NCBI GenBank assembly: GCA_965223905.1
Contig: CBDCXV010000009.1
Span: forward strand, 868,506 to 932,505
Source: Candidatus Latescibacterota bacterium
GTDB taxonomy: Bacteria; Latescibacterota; UBA2968; UBA8231
Length of the DNA stretch: 64,000 bases
Direction: 5' to 3'
Every line of letters begins with the position of its first letter. Positions within the stretch are counted from its first letter, which is position 1. The position numbers and the translations under genes were made by a program. Shown piece by piece: positions 1-9,683 of this stretch. The notes under the pieces are model-generated. The model searched no databases. It saw only the letters and a list, made by a program, of their open reading frames with translations, and was not told the origin of the DNA.

Positions 1-67
1 TCCCCACCAGCAAACGGTATGGCACTACTTCGAGAAGCGATGACTTGGTTTACCAGGGAGGTATTCC

Positions 68-1783
68 GTGCGTAGTCTGCTGCCCGTTCTGGCGGTCGTT
101 TCGGCAGCGACTGTGTCCCTCCAGGCGGCACCCAGTCTTCTCCCGCAAACCCCGCATCAAGAAGCCGTTCCTCCCGTTCCGGGACTGCTCGGAACGAAAA
201 TCGGCGACATTGTCTGGAGCGGCCGCTACCTGTGGATCGTCACGGAACACGGACTGGCGCGGCTCGACCCGAAGGACAGCAACGGCCTCAAGGACAGCGA
301 CTGGGTTACCTTCACAGAGGCCCACGGACTTGGCCGCGGTGCGGTGAGCGCCCTGGCCGCTTCCGGCGACACCGTCTGGGCCGCCACCCTTTTCGACACG
401 ACCCTGGGATCCGGCCAGGCCGGGGGTGGCCTGAGCTTCAGTCTGGATGGCGGCGAAACCTGGGGGCACATCCCGAACGAGACCATCTTCGATCCGTCGC
501 GCCCCTCGTTCGCAGGCGGCCCGTCCACTCCGGTCAACAACGCCTGTTTCGGACTCGCCCTCGACGGCGACACCATCTGGGCGGCCTTTTTCGCCGGCTC
601 CTCGGTGCGCTCTCGCGACGCCGGCCGCACCTGGGAACGGGTCCTGCCCGATGGCGCCGACGAGATCGTCTATTTTCTCGGCGAAAACGATGCCGAGAAG
701 TTTCGCATCTTCGCCGACAGCCTGGCCAACAGCGGCGACGCCGACGAAGAACGGGTGCGGGAAGCTCGCGCCGCCGCCGACAGCCTCGACCTGCAATCGT
801 ACGTACATCGCACCTTCTCGGCCCTCGCCTACGACGACACCGTCTGGATCGGAACCTCCGCCGGGGTTGCCCGCAGCTTCGATGGAGGAACCACCTGGAA
901 GCACTCCCGGGCCGCCTTCGACGAGTTCGGAGAGCGGCTGGCAGGCAGTCTGAGCGCCAATTGGGTGGTTGCCCTCGCCAGGCAGCGGCGCCCCGGTGGC
1001 AGCGTCGTCTGGGCCGGGGCGAACCTGAGGCCGACCACCCTGGAAACAGCGGGCATCAACTTCAGCGCGGACAACGGGGAATCCTGGCAGTTCGGGGGGC
1101 CGACGTTTGCATGGGGGTTCGCCTTCGCCGAGTACGCGGTCTGGGCCGCCAGCAACGACGGTCTGCTCCGCAGCGGCGACGGCGGCCTCACCTGGGAGAC
1201 GGTCATCGTCGAGGACCTGCATGCCGGTTGCCCAGCTTCCAGGGCGGCTTGCCCCCCGTCGCGAGATTTTCTGCGCGAGCCCTTCGTCGGCGTGGAGATC
1301 GCGCCGAACCCCGAGGGGGGAAAGACGCTCTGGGTCGGGGCGGAAAACGGACTCGGCCAGGCCGCGGTCGCCGACTCGAACGGCGAATCTGTAACGGACA
1401 TCGAATGGCGAATCCTGGTGTTTCCCCTGAAAACGCGCGCCTTCGATTCGGGAGACTTCCTCGGCGAAGGAGGCGCTGCCGATCCCGACAGCACCCTCAC
1501 CTACGCCGCTCCGAGCCCGTTTGCCCCTTCCCGGGGGGAGCACACCCGCATCGTCTTCGGCCTTCAGAATCCCGCCGAGGTTTCGATTTCCCTCTACGAT
1601 TTCGCCAGCCGCCCGGTGCGCGAACTCGTGGAGAACCAACCGCGTTCCGGACAGGGCTACCACTACATCAACTGGGATGGACGGGACGAGGACGGCGACC
1701 TTGTGGCCAACGGCGTCTATTTCTACCGCCTGAGCACCGACGCCGGCGACCATGCCTTCGGCAAGGTGGTGGTGCTGGATTGA
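68..1783 (+). CDS. Secreted BNR/Asp-box beta-propeller protein with C-terminal FlgD-Ig-like domain
   Basis: GTG after GGGAGG; signal peptide; repeated SxDGGxTW Asp-boxes (SLDGGETW, SRDAGRTW, SFDGGTTW, SGDGGLTW); tail YAAPSPF...NWDGRDEDGDLVANGVYFYRL. Confidence 0.85.
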   Translation: MRSLLPVLAVVSAATVSLQAAPSLLPQTPHQEAVPPVPGLLGTKIGDIVWSGRYLWIVTEHGLARLDPKDSNGLKDSDWVTFTEAHGLGRGAVSALAASGDTVWAATLFDTTLGSGQAGGGLSFSLDGGETWGHIPNETIFDPSRPSFAGGPSTPVNNACFGLALDGDTIWAAFFAGSSVRSRDAGRTWERVLPDGADEIVYFLGENDAEKFRIFADSLANSGDADEERVREARAAADSLDLQSYVHRTFSALAYDDTVWIGTSAGVARSFDGGTTWKHSRAAFDEFGERLAGSLSANWVVALARQRRPGGSVVWAGANLRPTTLETAGINFSADNGESWQFGGPTFAWGFAFAEYAVWAASNDGLLRSGDGGLTWETVIVEDLHAGCPASRAACPPSRDFLREPFVGVEIAPNPEGGKTLWVGAENGLGQAAVADSNGESVTDIEWRILVFPLKTRAFDSGDFLGEGGAADPDSTLTYAAPSPFAPSRGEHTRIVFGLQNPAEVSISLYDFASRPVRELVENQPRSGQGYHYINWDGRDEDGDLVANGVYFYRLSTDAGDHAFGKVVVLD

Positions 1784-2034
1784 CGCACACGCGCGTGTCC
1801 AGAACAAAACGGGGGTATCAAGTACGGAGTAGGAACCGGACACACCTATCGGGGGATCACAGCTTCTCTTGAGATTATTCGCAATCAGGGACAAAGGGCG
1901 GTTTTCACTGATAATGAAGGGTACGTTTCATACCACAAGGGCTCTCAGGTTCAGGTAGGCATAGGTCCTTTTCGAATAGGGGATTAAGGCGCGTCCCGCG
2001 CTTCCGCTACGCCCCGTGATTCATCCTTCTAATT

Positions 2035-2350
2035 CTAAGGCGGCGGCCCGGCCTTCCCGCTCGTCGACCAGAAACAATAGGGCCCCCCGCCGGCAAGGAA
2101 GAAGAAGACGAGCGCCACGATGCCGATGCGGCTGCCGCCGGTCACCTGACCGACCACCCCGAACACCAGCGGCCCGAATATGCGGCGAAACGAGCTGGTG
2201 CTGTAGAAGCCGAAGAACTCCGCCGATTTCGCCGGCGGAATCATCGAGCTGTGAACGAACGGCTCAGCGCCTGCGTGCCCCCCAGCACCATGCCGACCAG
2301 CCCCGCCAGGATGTAGAAGTGGAGGGCGGTCTGCATGAAATAGCCCGCAC
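2035..2350 (-). pseudogene. MFS transporter (UMF1/YxiO-like) C-terminal fragment, frameshifted
   Basis: Motifs in different frames: FYILAGLVGMVLGGTQALSRS and MIPPAKSAEFFGFY...FGPLVFGVVGQVTGGSRIGIVALVFFF; no N-terminus. Confidence 0.75.
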
Positions 2351-2651
2351 AGAGATCAGCCCGTTCGGCCAGGTTCGTCCTGAAGGCGGCTTGACCAGGA
2401 AAAAGGGGACGAGGCAAGTGTTGACCGATTCCGCTGTTCGTCCAACCTGCCATTTCGGCCGATCCCCTCGAGGGCGGTCCTTTCGTTGCCCGGATTGCCC
2501 CGGATATGACGAATACGTTTGAACAGGGACCCAACCGTATTTGCATTAAACGGGCACAAGCCGCTGGCTCGCTCGTCCGCGTGGGCAACCTCAGGAAGAA
2601 AGGGCCCGCCGTCGGGGCAACCTTGAGCGTGGGACAGGGCCTGTCCCTGCG

Positions 2652-3104
2652 CTACTCCGGCGGTTCTTTGTTCATCCTGCTGTTTCCCAACTGCCTCTCC
2701 CGAGGTGTCAAACCTGCCCGGGATCGCAGAGAAGCCATGATCTGCAGCACTAGCCGCTGGTGGCGCGCCTTGCTGACGGTCAGCTCCGACAGCTTGATCC
2801 AGGGTGCGCGATGCAGTACGTGGCCTTCCGCCTTCGACAGATGCGCTCTCACCAACTCCTCGGCGAGCCCGAGAAAGCCCCCGATCTCCTCGCAGGAGCT
2901 CCCCTCGATATGGAAGAGAACGAAGATCCGGCGACTTTCCCGGGGAATCTCGTCCAGGAGGTTCCAGAGTTTCGCCGGCACCTCCGCCCTTTTGCCGAAA
3001 TCCAGATCCTCCGGAGGGCGCGGCGATCCTTTCATGCAGGCGTGGACGCGCCCATCCGGCTCTTTTTCGTCACTGCGGATTTCCAAGTCTCGCATTCTCG
3101 ACAT
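2652..3104 (-). CDS. Stand-alone sigma-70 region-4-like HTH protein (paralog 1)
   Basis: LLDEIPRESRRIFVLFHIEGSSCEEIGGFLGLAEELVRAHLSKA matches the ECF region 4 pattern; close paralog at 37301-37687; start chosen after GGGGGA. Confidence 0.7.
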   Translation of the reverse strand: MSRMRDLEIRSDEKEPDGRVHACMKGSPRPPEDLDFGKRAEVPAKLWNLLDEIPRESRRIFVLFHIEGSSCEEIGGFLGLAEELVRAHLSKAEGHVLHRAPWIKLSELTVSKARHQRLVLQIMASLRSRAGLTPRERQLGNSRMNKEPPE

Positions 3105-3229
3105 GTTGTTTTTGTCCCCCCGGTGGGCTGTTCTCAAAAGCCTTTTCATATATCAGACGGAAATGGACAGCGAAGGTACTATGTGGCAGAATGGGTTGTC
3201 CTCGACAATGGACAACTGTCAGGTGAATA

Positions 3230-4077
3230 CCATCACAGAGCAAGAAAGGCACCCCTTTCTCGGAGGCCCTCTAGCCGAGGACACGGTGACCGCGCGGCTG
3301 CCGGAGGCTTACCGGTGGCCGCTGGTTCCTGAGCTGGAGAGACCGGATGCGTGGGGATCTCCCGCAGGCGATCCGTCTGACCGCGTCAGGGGCGCTGGCG
3401 GAACGGCTAGGCAAGGCGGCTGCGCAAAGACGAGTTGATGGTGACCGGTCTTGGCGCGGGGATCACGTCGCGGTGCGGCAGCTTGTCGAGGGATTTCGGC
3501 CGTTACCTGTACCTTCCTCGCCTTCACGGCCCGGAGATCCTCATGGGCGCCGTCCAAGACGGCGTCGCCTTACTGACCTGGGAGTCGGATTCATTCGCCC
3601 TGGCCGAGAGCCACGACGAGGCCGTTGGACGCTACCGCGGTTTGCAGGCGGGACAGACGGCCGCAGTCTCCCCCGAAAGTCCGGCCCTGCTGGTCAAACC
3701 GGACGTCGCCCGCCGGCAGCTGGACGCGGAGGTGCCGGCGGCGCCGGCGCCGGCTCCCGGAGGTCAGGAGGAACAACCTGGTCCGGACGGGACTGAGCCG
3801 CCGCCACCGCCGCAACCCGCCACCGCCGCAACCTGGGAAGAAGGCGCGGCGGTTTCATGGCGCGGTTGCGCTCGACGGCGCACGGGTGGGACGGGACGCC
3901 GTCCAGATCGCCGCGAGGTGATCTCCCACCTCTCCAGCCTCGCGGCGCGGAGGTAAGGGTCACCCTGGAGATCGACGCCGAGATCCCAGAGGGGGGCCCC
4001 CGGAGAACGTGGTGAGAACGGTCACCGAAAACAGCCGCACCCCGAGGTTCGCCAGCCACAGGTTCAAGGAGTCCTGA
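3230..4077 (+). pseudogene. C-terminal fragment of DUF499-family ATPase, multiply frameshifted
   Basis: Across frames: ARLPEAYRW.LVP, RYLYLPRL..PEILMGAVQDGVALLTWESDSFALAE, FHGAVALDGARVGRDAVQIA, VTLEIDAEIPEG, ENVVRTVTENSRT. Confidence 0.75.
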
Positions 4078-4131
4078 TACCGGGCCGAGGGAGCGACAGG
4101 GCTGGTCGCCACGACGCTCAAGCTCAAGGTT

Positions 4132-4992
4132 TTACCAAGGACGAAGCATCTCGCCTCTATGATGAATGGGGGGCGGAGCATTGTGATGACCACACTGTCG
4201 ACATAGGTATCGTTTTTCTGACTCCTCCTGAGACCTTTCCTTCCTCAGGAGGTCCTCGTCGGTGTGGCTGTCAATCGCCTCGCGGAGCAATCGCAGCAGG
4301 TCCGGTTTCGGTAGTGCCTCCGCCTCTACCGTGGTCTGCGTTGTTGGATTTGCTGGAAGGAAAGAATCCACTTGCTTAGAGGTGACGGCAATCCGTTTCA
4401 CCTCTACATCACTTATTCCTCGAGCGGCAAATTCTTTGGCAACGGAATTGGGAGAGTTCCGCCTTGTCAGGACAAAATCGCCGACGTAAAGAAGAATCCA
4501 CGGTTTGCTGTCAAGGCCAAGGGACGCAGCGTTTCGAAGGGCCTCGTTTACGGACCAGGGCACCGAGAGACGGCTCGCATTCGATACCTCCCACAGTTCC
4601 AAGCGGTTTTCCAAGCAAAAGGTCTCGATGATTCCGGCCAGAGGTCGCGATTCGACCCACACCTGCAAATGCTCGGGCTGCGTGGAACGCAGATTGCGCC
4701 GGTAGTTCTCGGCGTTGAGGTAGTCATGTGCCTCGTTCCAGCCCAACGTCTGTCGGAATCGCGGACCGTCCACGACGGCGTCGTACCCAATTTGCCCATC
4801 TCGTTGCAGCTGTATCAGGTAGCGCTCAAGGTTCTGGTACTCGAAGGAGGTGTTTTCAAAATCCAGTTCGGGCCTCGACACCAGGGCGTAATGCACTTGA
4901 CGAACCGTCATCGGTCCGTGCTCGGCCATCAGGTGCTCGATGGCAACGCGAACCTCCTCGATCTCGGTAGGGGTGCGCCGTTTTCGTGGCAT
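4132..4992 (-). CDS. Spo11/TopoVI-A-like wHTH + TOPRIM-type hypothetical protein
   Basis: MTVRQVHYALV, YRRNLRSTQPEHLQVWVES, ILLYVGDF, VKRIAVT, VEAEAL follow the TVRQxxY...WVEK...LYxGDxD...ELDAL family pattern. Confidence 0.6.
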   Translation of the reverse strand: MPRKRRTPTEIEEVRVAIEHLMAEHGPMTVRQVHYALVSRPELDFENTSFEYQNLERYLIQLQRDGQIGYDAVVDGPRFRQTLGWNEAHDYLNAENYRRNLRSTQPEHLQVWVESRPLAGIIETFCLENRLELWEVSNASRLSVPWSVNEALRNAASLGLDSKPWILLYVGDFVLTRRNSPNSVAKEFAARGISDVEVKRIAVTSKQVDSFLPANPTTQTTVEAEALPKPDLLRLLREAIDSHTDEDLLRKERSQEESEKRYLCRQCGHHNAPPPIHHRGEMLRPW

Positions 4993-5167
4993 CAGAAACT
5001 CCGTGAGAAGGCGTGGAAGAATCAGCCCGGGGAGCCGGCGTTTCCGCCAGCTCGCGGTGGGGATGGCACGGTGCTCTCTTTACCCCCCCCTTGGGAATTG
5101 TCGTAGCCTGACAGACGTCGAGTTGGAAACCGCCGTCCGCCCCGAAGCTCAGGCGATCCGCAGGTTT

Positions 5168-7555
5168 CTACTCCGCCTTTCCCAGGCGATATCCGACGCG
5201 AGACTCGTTGAAGAGATAGGCCGGTTTTTTCGCGTTGTCGCCCAGCTTGCGTCGGATGCTATTTACGGTCGAGCGCAACGACCGCAGGTCGGAGGAGGAC
5301 TCCAAGCCCCAAATCCGGTGCAGCAGCACCTCGTAGGTCACTGGCGTGCCGAGATGGACCGAAAGTTCCACCAGGAGTCGGTACTCGATGTTGGCCAACC
5401 GCACCCGCCGTCCGGCCAGGGTCACCCGTCGTTTCCCGTAGTCGATGGTCAGATCTCCCAGCACACACGGTTCGGTCGGCTCGGCCTGACCGGGTGCGGC
5501 CCGACGGCGCAGGGCCGCCCTAATCCTGGCGGCCAATTCCGTCGGCGAGAACGGTTTGAGCACATAGTCGGTGGCCCCCCGGTCGAAGGCCCGGGCAATC
5601 ACCTCTTCCTGTCCGTAGGCGGAAAGGAAGAGGACCGGCACGGTGGCCTTCTCGAAGATCTCCTGCATCAGGTCAATGCCGTCGACCCCCGGCAGCACGA
5701 GGTCGAGCAGCACGAGGTGGGGAAGGTGCTCCTCCATGAGGCGAGGCACCTCCTCCGGGTCGCCGGTTACGATCGCGGCGAAACCGGCTTTCGAGAGGGC
5801 GTCCCGAACCTTCCGCAGGGTTTCCGGGTCGTCGTCCACGGCCAGGATGCGGGTCTTCTTGCCGCTTGGTCGGCGTCGGGGGGAGGTGGGAACGGATTCG
5901 GCCAAAGCGACCGTTGTTCCCTCCTCGAACGTAGGGAGGGTGAAGGTGAAGCGGGTTCCGCGGCCTGTGCCGTCGCTTTCGGCCCAGATGCGCCCCCCGT
6001 GGGCCTCCACGATGCCCTTGCAGATGGCCAGTCCCAAGCCCGTCCCCCCTTCGCCTTTCTCCGGATCTTCTCCGGCGAGGCGGGGGAACTTCCGGAACAG
6101 GTGGGGCAGTTGCTCGGCCGACACGCCCCGGCCCCGGTCGGTAACGGAGATCGCCACGTGGGTCTCCTCCCGTACCGCCGATACCAGGATGGGTGCGGTT
6201 TCCGGCGAGTGCCGGGCGGCGTTGGACAGCAGGTTGCCCAGGACTTGGACGATGCGCAGCCGGTCGGCCATCACGGAGGGAAGCTCCGGGGGCAACTCGA
6301 TCCGCATGTTGCCTGCCCCCCCGCTGTTCAGGAAGGTGCTGCGGGCCTGGTCCACCAGGCCGGCCACCGAGGTCGGTTCGGGATGGACCAGCAGGGTGCC
6401 CGTCTCGACGCGCGCCACGTCGAGCAGATCGTTTATCAGGCCGCTCATGTGGTCGGCCTGTTGATTGATGATGCGGAAGAACTGAAGGACCATCTCGGCG
6501 GCGCCCAGCACGGACGTGTCGCCCAGCACGGTGGCAGCGGCCCCCTTGATGGAGGTCAGCGGGGCGCGCAGCTCGTGACTGACCATGGCGAGAAAATCGG
6601 CCCGCAGCCGCTCCAGCTCCTGCACCGGGGTCATGTCCTGCAGGGTGACCACGACGGACTCGACCTCGCCCTCTTCGGAGCGGATGGGAGTGGCGTTGAC
6701 CAGGGTCGTGACGCTGCGGCCGTCGGGCACCTGGAGGACGATCTCCTCGACGCGCACCGTCTCCCCGGCGCTAAGCACTTGGGCCAGGGTACCCTCGTCC
6801 AGGGAGACTTCCCTCCCGTCGCCGCGCCGTAAGGTCATGACCTTGATGAGCTCCTCTACCGACTGGTCCGGCTTGCCCAGTCCGTCGACCATCCGTCTCG
6901 CCTCCCGGTTGAACAGGACCGGCACTCCCGTCCTGGCGTCCAGGACCACCACACCCACCGGGGAGGTGTTGATCAGGGTCTCCAGGTCGGTTCGGGCCCG
7001 CTGTTCGTCCCGGTATCGGCGCGCGTTGGCCATGACCATGGCCGCATGCGAGGCGAACAGGATCAGGGTCTCCTCGTCTTCCCGCGTGAACTCCTCGCCG
7101 GTTTCCTTCTCAGCCAGGTAGATATTCCCGGCTTGCTCGCCCCGATACAGGACCGGGGCCGCAAGAAAGGAGAAGGTCGGGCCCATCTCAACGGGGGGGC
7201 GGAACTCGGGAAGGCCCATCGACCGGATATGGCCGAGCAGGTCGGCAAGCCTCAGGGGTTCCTCAAGGCGGCCGAGGTACTCGAAGAAGAGCGGCCCGTC
7301 GGGCAGGTCCCAGAGCTGACGGGCCTCCTCGGCCGTCATCCCGGAAGAGAGGAAGTCCTGGGGACGACCTGCCTCGTCGTGAAGCGTCATCACCCCGTAG
7401 CGGGCTTCCGTCAGCGACCGGGCCGAATCAAGGATCCCGTTCAACACCGTGTTGAAGTCGAGGCTCTGGTTGATGCGCATGCAGGCCTGGCTCAGGCGCG
7501 ACATGCGCTCCCGCAGCGTCTCGTTCTCTCGTTGGAGTTCCTCGGCCGGCTTCAT
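5168..7555 (-). CDS. Cytoplasmic hybrid sensor kinase/response regulator: GAF-PAS-HisKA-HATPase-REC-wHTH
   Basis: H-box SHELRAPL; N-box NLLSNA; DRGRG and GTGLGL G-boxes; receiver LAVDDD..VLLDLVLP..KPF; OmpR/KdpE-type tail IRRKLGD...YLFNESRVGYRL. Confidence 0.92.
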   Translation of the reverse strand: MKPAEELQRENETLRERMSRLSQACMRINQSLDFNTVLNGILDSARSLTEARYGVMTLHDEAGRPQDFLSSGMTAEEARQLWDLPDGPLFFEYLGRLEEPLRLADLLGHIRSMGLPEFRPPVEMGPTFSFLAAPVLYRGEQAGNIYLAEKETGEEFTREDEETLILFASHAAMVMANARRYRDEQRARTDLETLINTSPVGVVVLDARTGVPVLFNREARRMVDGLGKPDQSVEELIKVMTLRRGDGREVSLDEGTLAQVLSAGETVRVEEIVLQVPDGRSVTTLVNATPIRSEEGEVESVVVTLQDMTPVQELERLRADFLAMVSHELRAPLTSIKGAAATVLGDTSVLGAAEMVLQFFRIINQQADHMSGLINDLLDVARVETGTLLVHPEPTSVAGLVDQARSTFLNSGGAGNMRIELPPELPSVMADRLRIVQVLGNLLSNAARHSPETAPILVSAVREETHVAISVTDRGRGVSAEQLPHLFRKFPRLAGEDPEKGEGGTGLGLAICKGIVEAHGGRIWAESDGTGRGTRFTFTLPTFEEGTTVALAESVPTSPRRRPSGKKTRILAVDDDPETLRKVRDALSKAGFAAIVTGDPEEVPRLMEEHLPHLVLLDLVLPGVDGIDLMQEIFEKATVPVLFLSAYGQEEVIARAFDRGATDYVLKPFSPTELAARIRAALRRRAAPGQAEPTEPCVLGDLTIDYGKRRVTLAGRRVRLANIEYRLLVELSVHLGTPVTYEVLLHRIWGLESSSDLRSLRSTVNSIRRKLGDNAKKPAYLFNESRVGYRLGKAE

Positions 7556-7868
7556 CTCCCTCTCCTGATTGGGCGGCCTCTGCCCAATAAAAGCACCCTC
7601 CTTCCCAAATTTAATAAAAAGACCATTATTCAGACTCCCAATTTCATCTTTTTTTGATCTTCAAGTAATAAATTTATTCGGGGGAAACTTGGGGGAGTGG
7701 ATTCCGAGGTCAAGGAACCCCCGTGGGGGAACCTTGAGCCAGGCTACCGCGGGGTTCGGACGGGTCGAGGACGCGCGACGACCACCGCGCCTACGGTGCG
7801 ACGGGTGGATGCTAGGCGGCGCACAGGGTGAAGGAACTCGGCTGGCGAACACATGACGGAGAGACAGG

Positions 7869-9650
7869 ATGAGAATCAGAGACCTCATGTTCGTGTTGAG
7901 TAGTGTCGCGGTGACGGCCGCTTGCGCAGGACTGCGGGAGAACGCAACGCCCGAGCGAAGCGCCGCAACCGAGACGGTGTACATGAATGGCCGAATCCAT
8001 ACCCAGGACCAGGATCTGCCCTGGGCCGAGTCGCTAGTCACCAGAGGCGACCGAATCGTCCTCGTGGGCTCTGACGAGGACGCCCTGCGGTATGCCGGTC
8101 CGGACGCCAAGCTGGTAGACCTGCAGGGCCGATTCGTGATGCCGGGGATAATCGACGCACACACCCACACCGGCTTGATCAGCACTGGGGCCGACCTGTC
8201 CGGGCTGGATGAAACCGTTGGAGAGAACGAAGAGCCTGCCACACCCGACAGGATGCCATCCAGGCCGCGGGAGGCAACGCTCGCCTGGTTGCAGCAGTAC
8301 GCAGACGATCACCCGTTTTTTCCTCTCGTGATCTCACAGGGGGTATGGGATGTTGCCGCCTACGTGCCTGACGGCCCCCACAAAAGAGACCTGGATGAGA
8401 TTGCCAGCATAAGACCCATTGTGTTGTTCGACAATTCGGGACACAGCGTCTGGGTTAATTCCGCGATGCTACGGACACTGGGCATCGACAGAGATACGCC
8501 GGACCTCAGCGAGAACCTGTCGTATATCGTGCGCGACGAGGCCGGAGAGCCCACAGGCTGGCTCAAGGAGTTTGTCCTAACCCACCACACGGGTGGCAAG
8601 TCGGTGCCGAGTCCCGATAAATTGAAGGAACGAATGCTGAAGTATCTGAACTACATGTCAAGCAAGGGCATCACGACCTTGTGGGACGCCGGCAGCTTCA
8701 ACATGGAGGACGCGGTGTACCAGGCTGCGCATGACATCGCAATAGAAGGCAATCTGCCGTTGCGTTGGGAGGGGTCGCACCACATCTGGGCGCCGGGTCA
8801 GATCGAAACTGCGGTGGAATCCCTGCTCCGGCTCAGGGAAAGGTATGGCCATGGAAAACTCCAGTTCAACACCATCAAGATTCACTACGACGGCATGCTG
8901 GATATTCTTACCGCGGCTGTGCTGGAGCCCTACGTTACAGACCCTGACAACTACGGCGGCGTCTTGTTCACGCCTCAGAGGTTGAGCAGCTTCATCCAGG
9001 AATTGGACGGCCACGACATTGATCTGCACCTGCATGCGTCGGGTGACCGTGCAACCAGGAATATTCTCGACGCAGTCGAGCAAGCACAGGGCGCGCTGGG
9101 TCGGCCTTTGAAAATCGAGGTCACGATAAGTCACCTGTTCTTGGTTGCCGACAGGGATGTCAAACGCTTTGCCGAGTTGAACGTACACGCCAATTTCTCG
9201 CCGCACTGGTTCGGCGGAACAGTGTACGGGAAAGCCAGAGAGATCAACGTCGGCCCGGAACGGGCCAGCCGCTCTCAGGTTGTTGGTCACTTTGTGCAGC
9301 AGCAGGCCAATGTCACGCTGTCCAGCGACGTTGTTCATAACCCGCGGCGAGTAAATCCCTTTCTTGGTATGGAATTGAGCATTACCCGACGGGCAGCAGA
9401 CAAGCCCGATGCCGTCACCCTACCGCCGCTTGACGCCAGAATTTCATTGGAGCAGGCGCTGGCCGGCTATACCATCAACGGCGCTGCGCAGCTCGGATTG
9501 GAAGAAGAAATCGGCGCCCTAAAGGCCGGCTTGCTGGCGGACTTCATCGTCCTGCCACAAAATCCGTTCGCAACCGACGTGGAGACCATCCACGCCATCG
9601 AGCCCAGCGCCACAATTGTGGCCGGTGAGCTGCGAAGCGGTAGCCTGTAA
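7869..9650 (+). CDS. Amidohydrolase-3 (YtcJ-like), probable lipoprotein
   Basis: VDLQGRFVMPGIIDAHTH, HASGDRA, TISH, LSSD, GALKAGLLADFIVL; lipobox-like VTAAC. Confidence 0.9.
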   Translation: MRIRDLMFVLSSVAVTAACAGLRENATPERSAATETVYMNGRIHTQDQDLPWAESLVTRGDRIVLVGSDEDALRYAGPDAKLVDLQGRFVMPGIIDAHTHTGLISTGADLSGLDETVGENEEPATPDRMPSRPREATLAWLQQYADDHPFFPLVISQGVWDVAAYVPDGPHKRDLDEIASIRPIVLFDNSGHSVWVNSAMLRTLGIDRDTPDLSENLSYIVRDEAGEPTGWLKEFVLTHHTGGKSVPSPDKLKERMLKYLNYMSSKGITTLWDAGSFNMEDAVYQAAHDIAIEGNLPLRWEGSHHIWAPGQIETAVESLLRLRERYGHGKLQFNTIKIHYDGMLDILTAAVLEPYVTDPDNYGGVLFTPQRLSSFIQELDGHDIDLHLHASGDRATRNILDAVEQAQGALGRPLKIEVTISHLFLVADRDVKRFAELNVHANFSPHWFGGTVYGKAREINVGPERASRSQVVGHFVQQQANVTLSSDVVHNPRRVNPFLGMELSITRRAADKPDAVTLPPLDARISLEQALAGYTINGAAQLGLEEEIGALKAGLLADFIVLPQNPFATDVETIHAIEPSATIVAGELRSGSL

Positions 9651-9683
9651 GCGGCTGACCAGGGGACGACCGGACTTGTTGCT

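Noticed and set aside
50-1894. Long antisense or alternate-frame ORFs (also 232-1872, 4940-6832, 47698-49050, 52876-54558)
   Set aside because: Shadows of well-supported genes in GC-rich DNA, with no motifs
1790-1990. Short AT-richer open frame ending VGIGPFRIGD*
   Set aside because: No start codon or recognisable family
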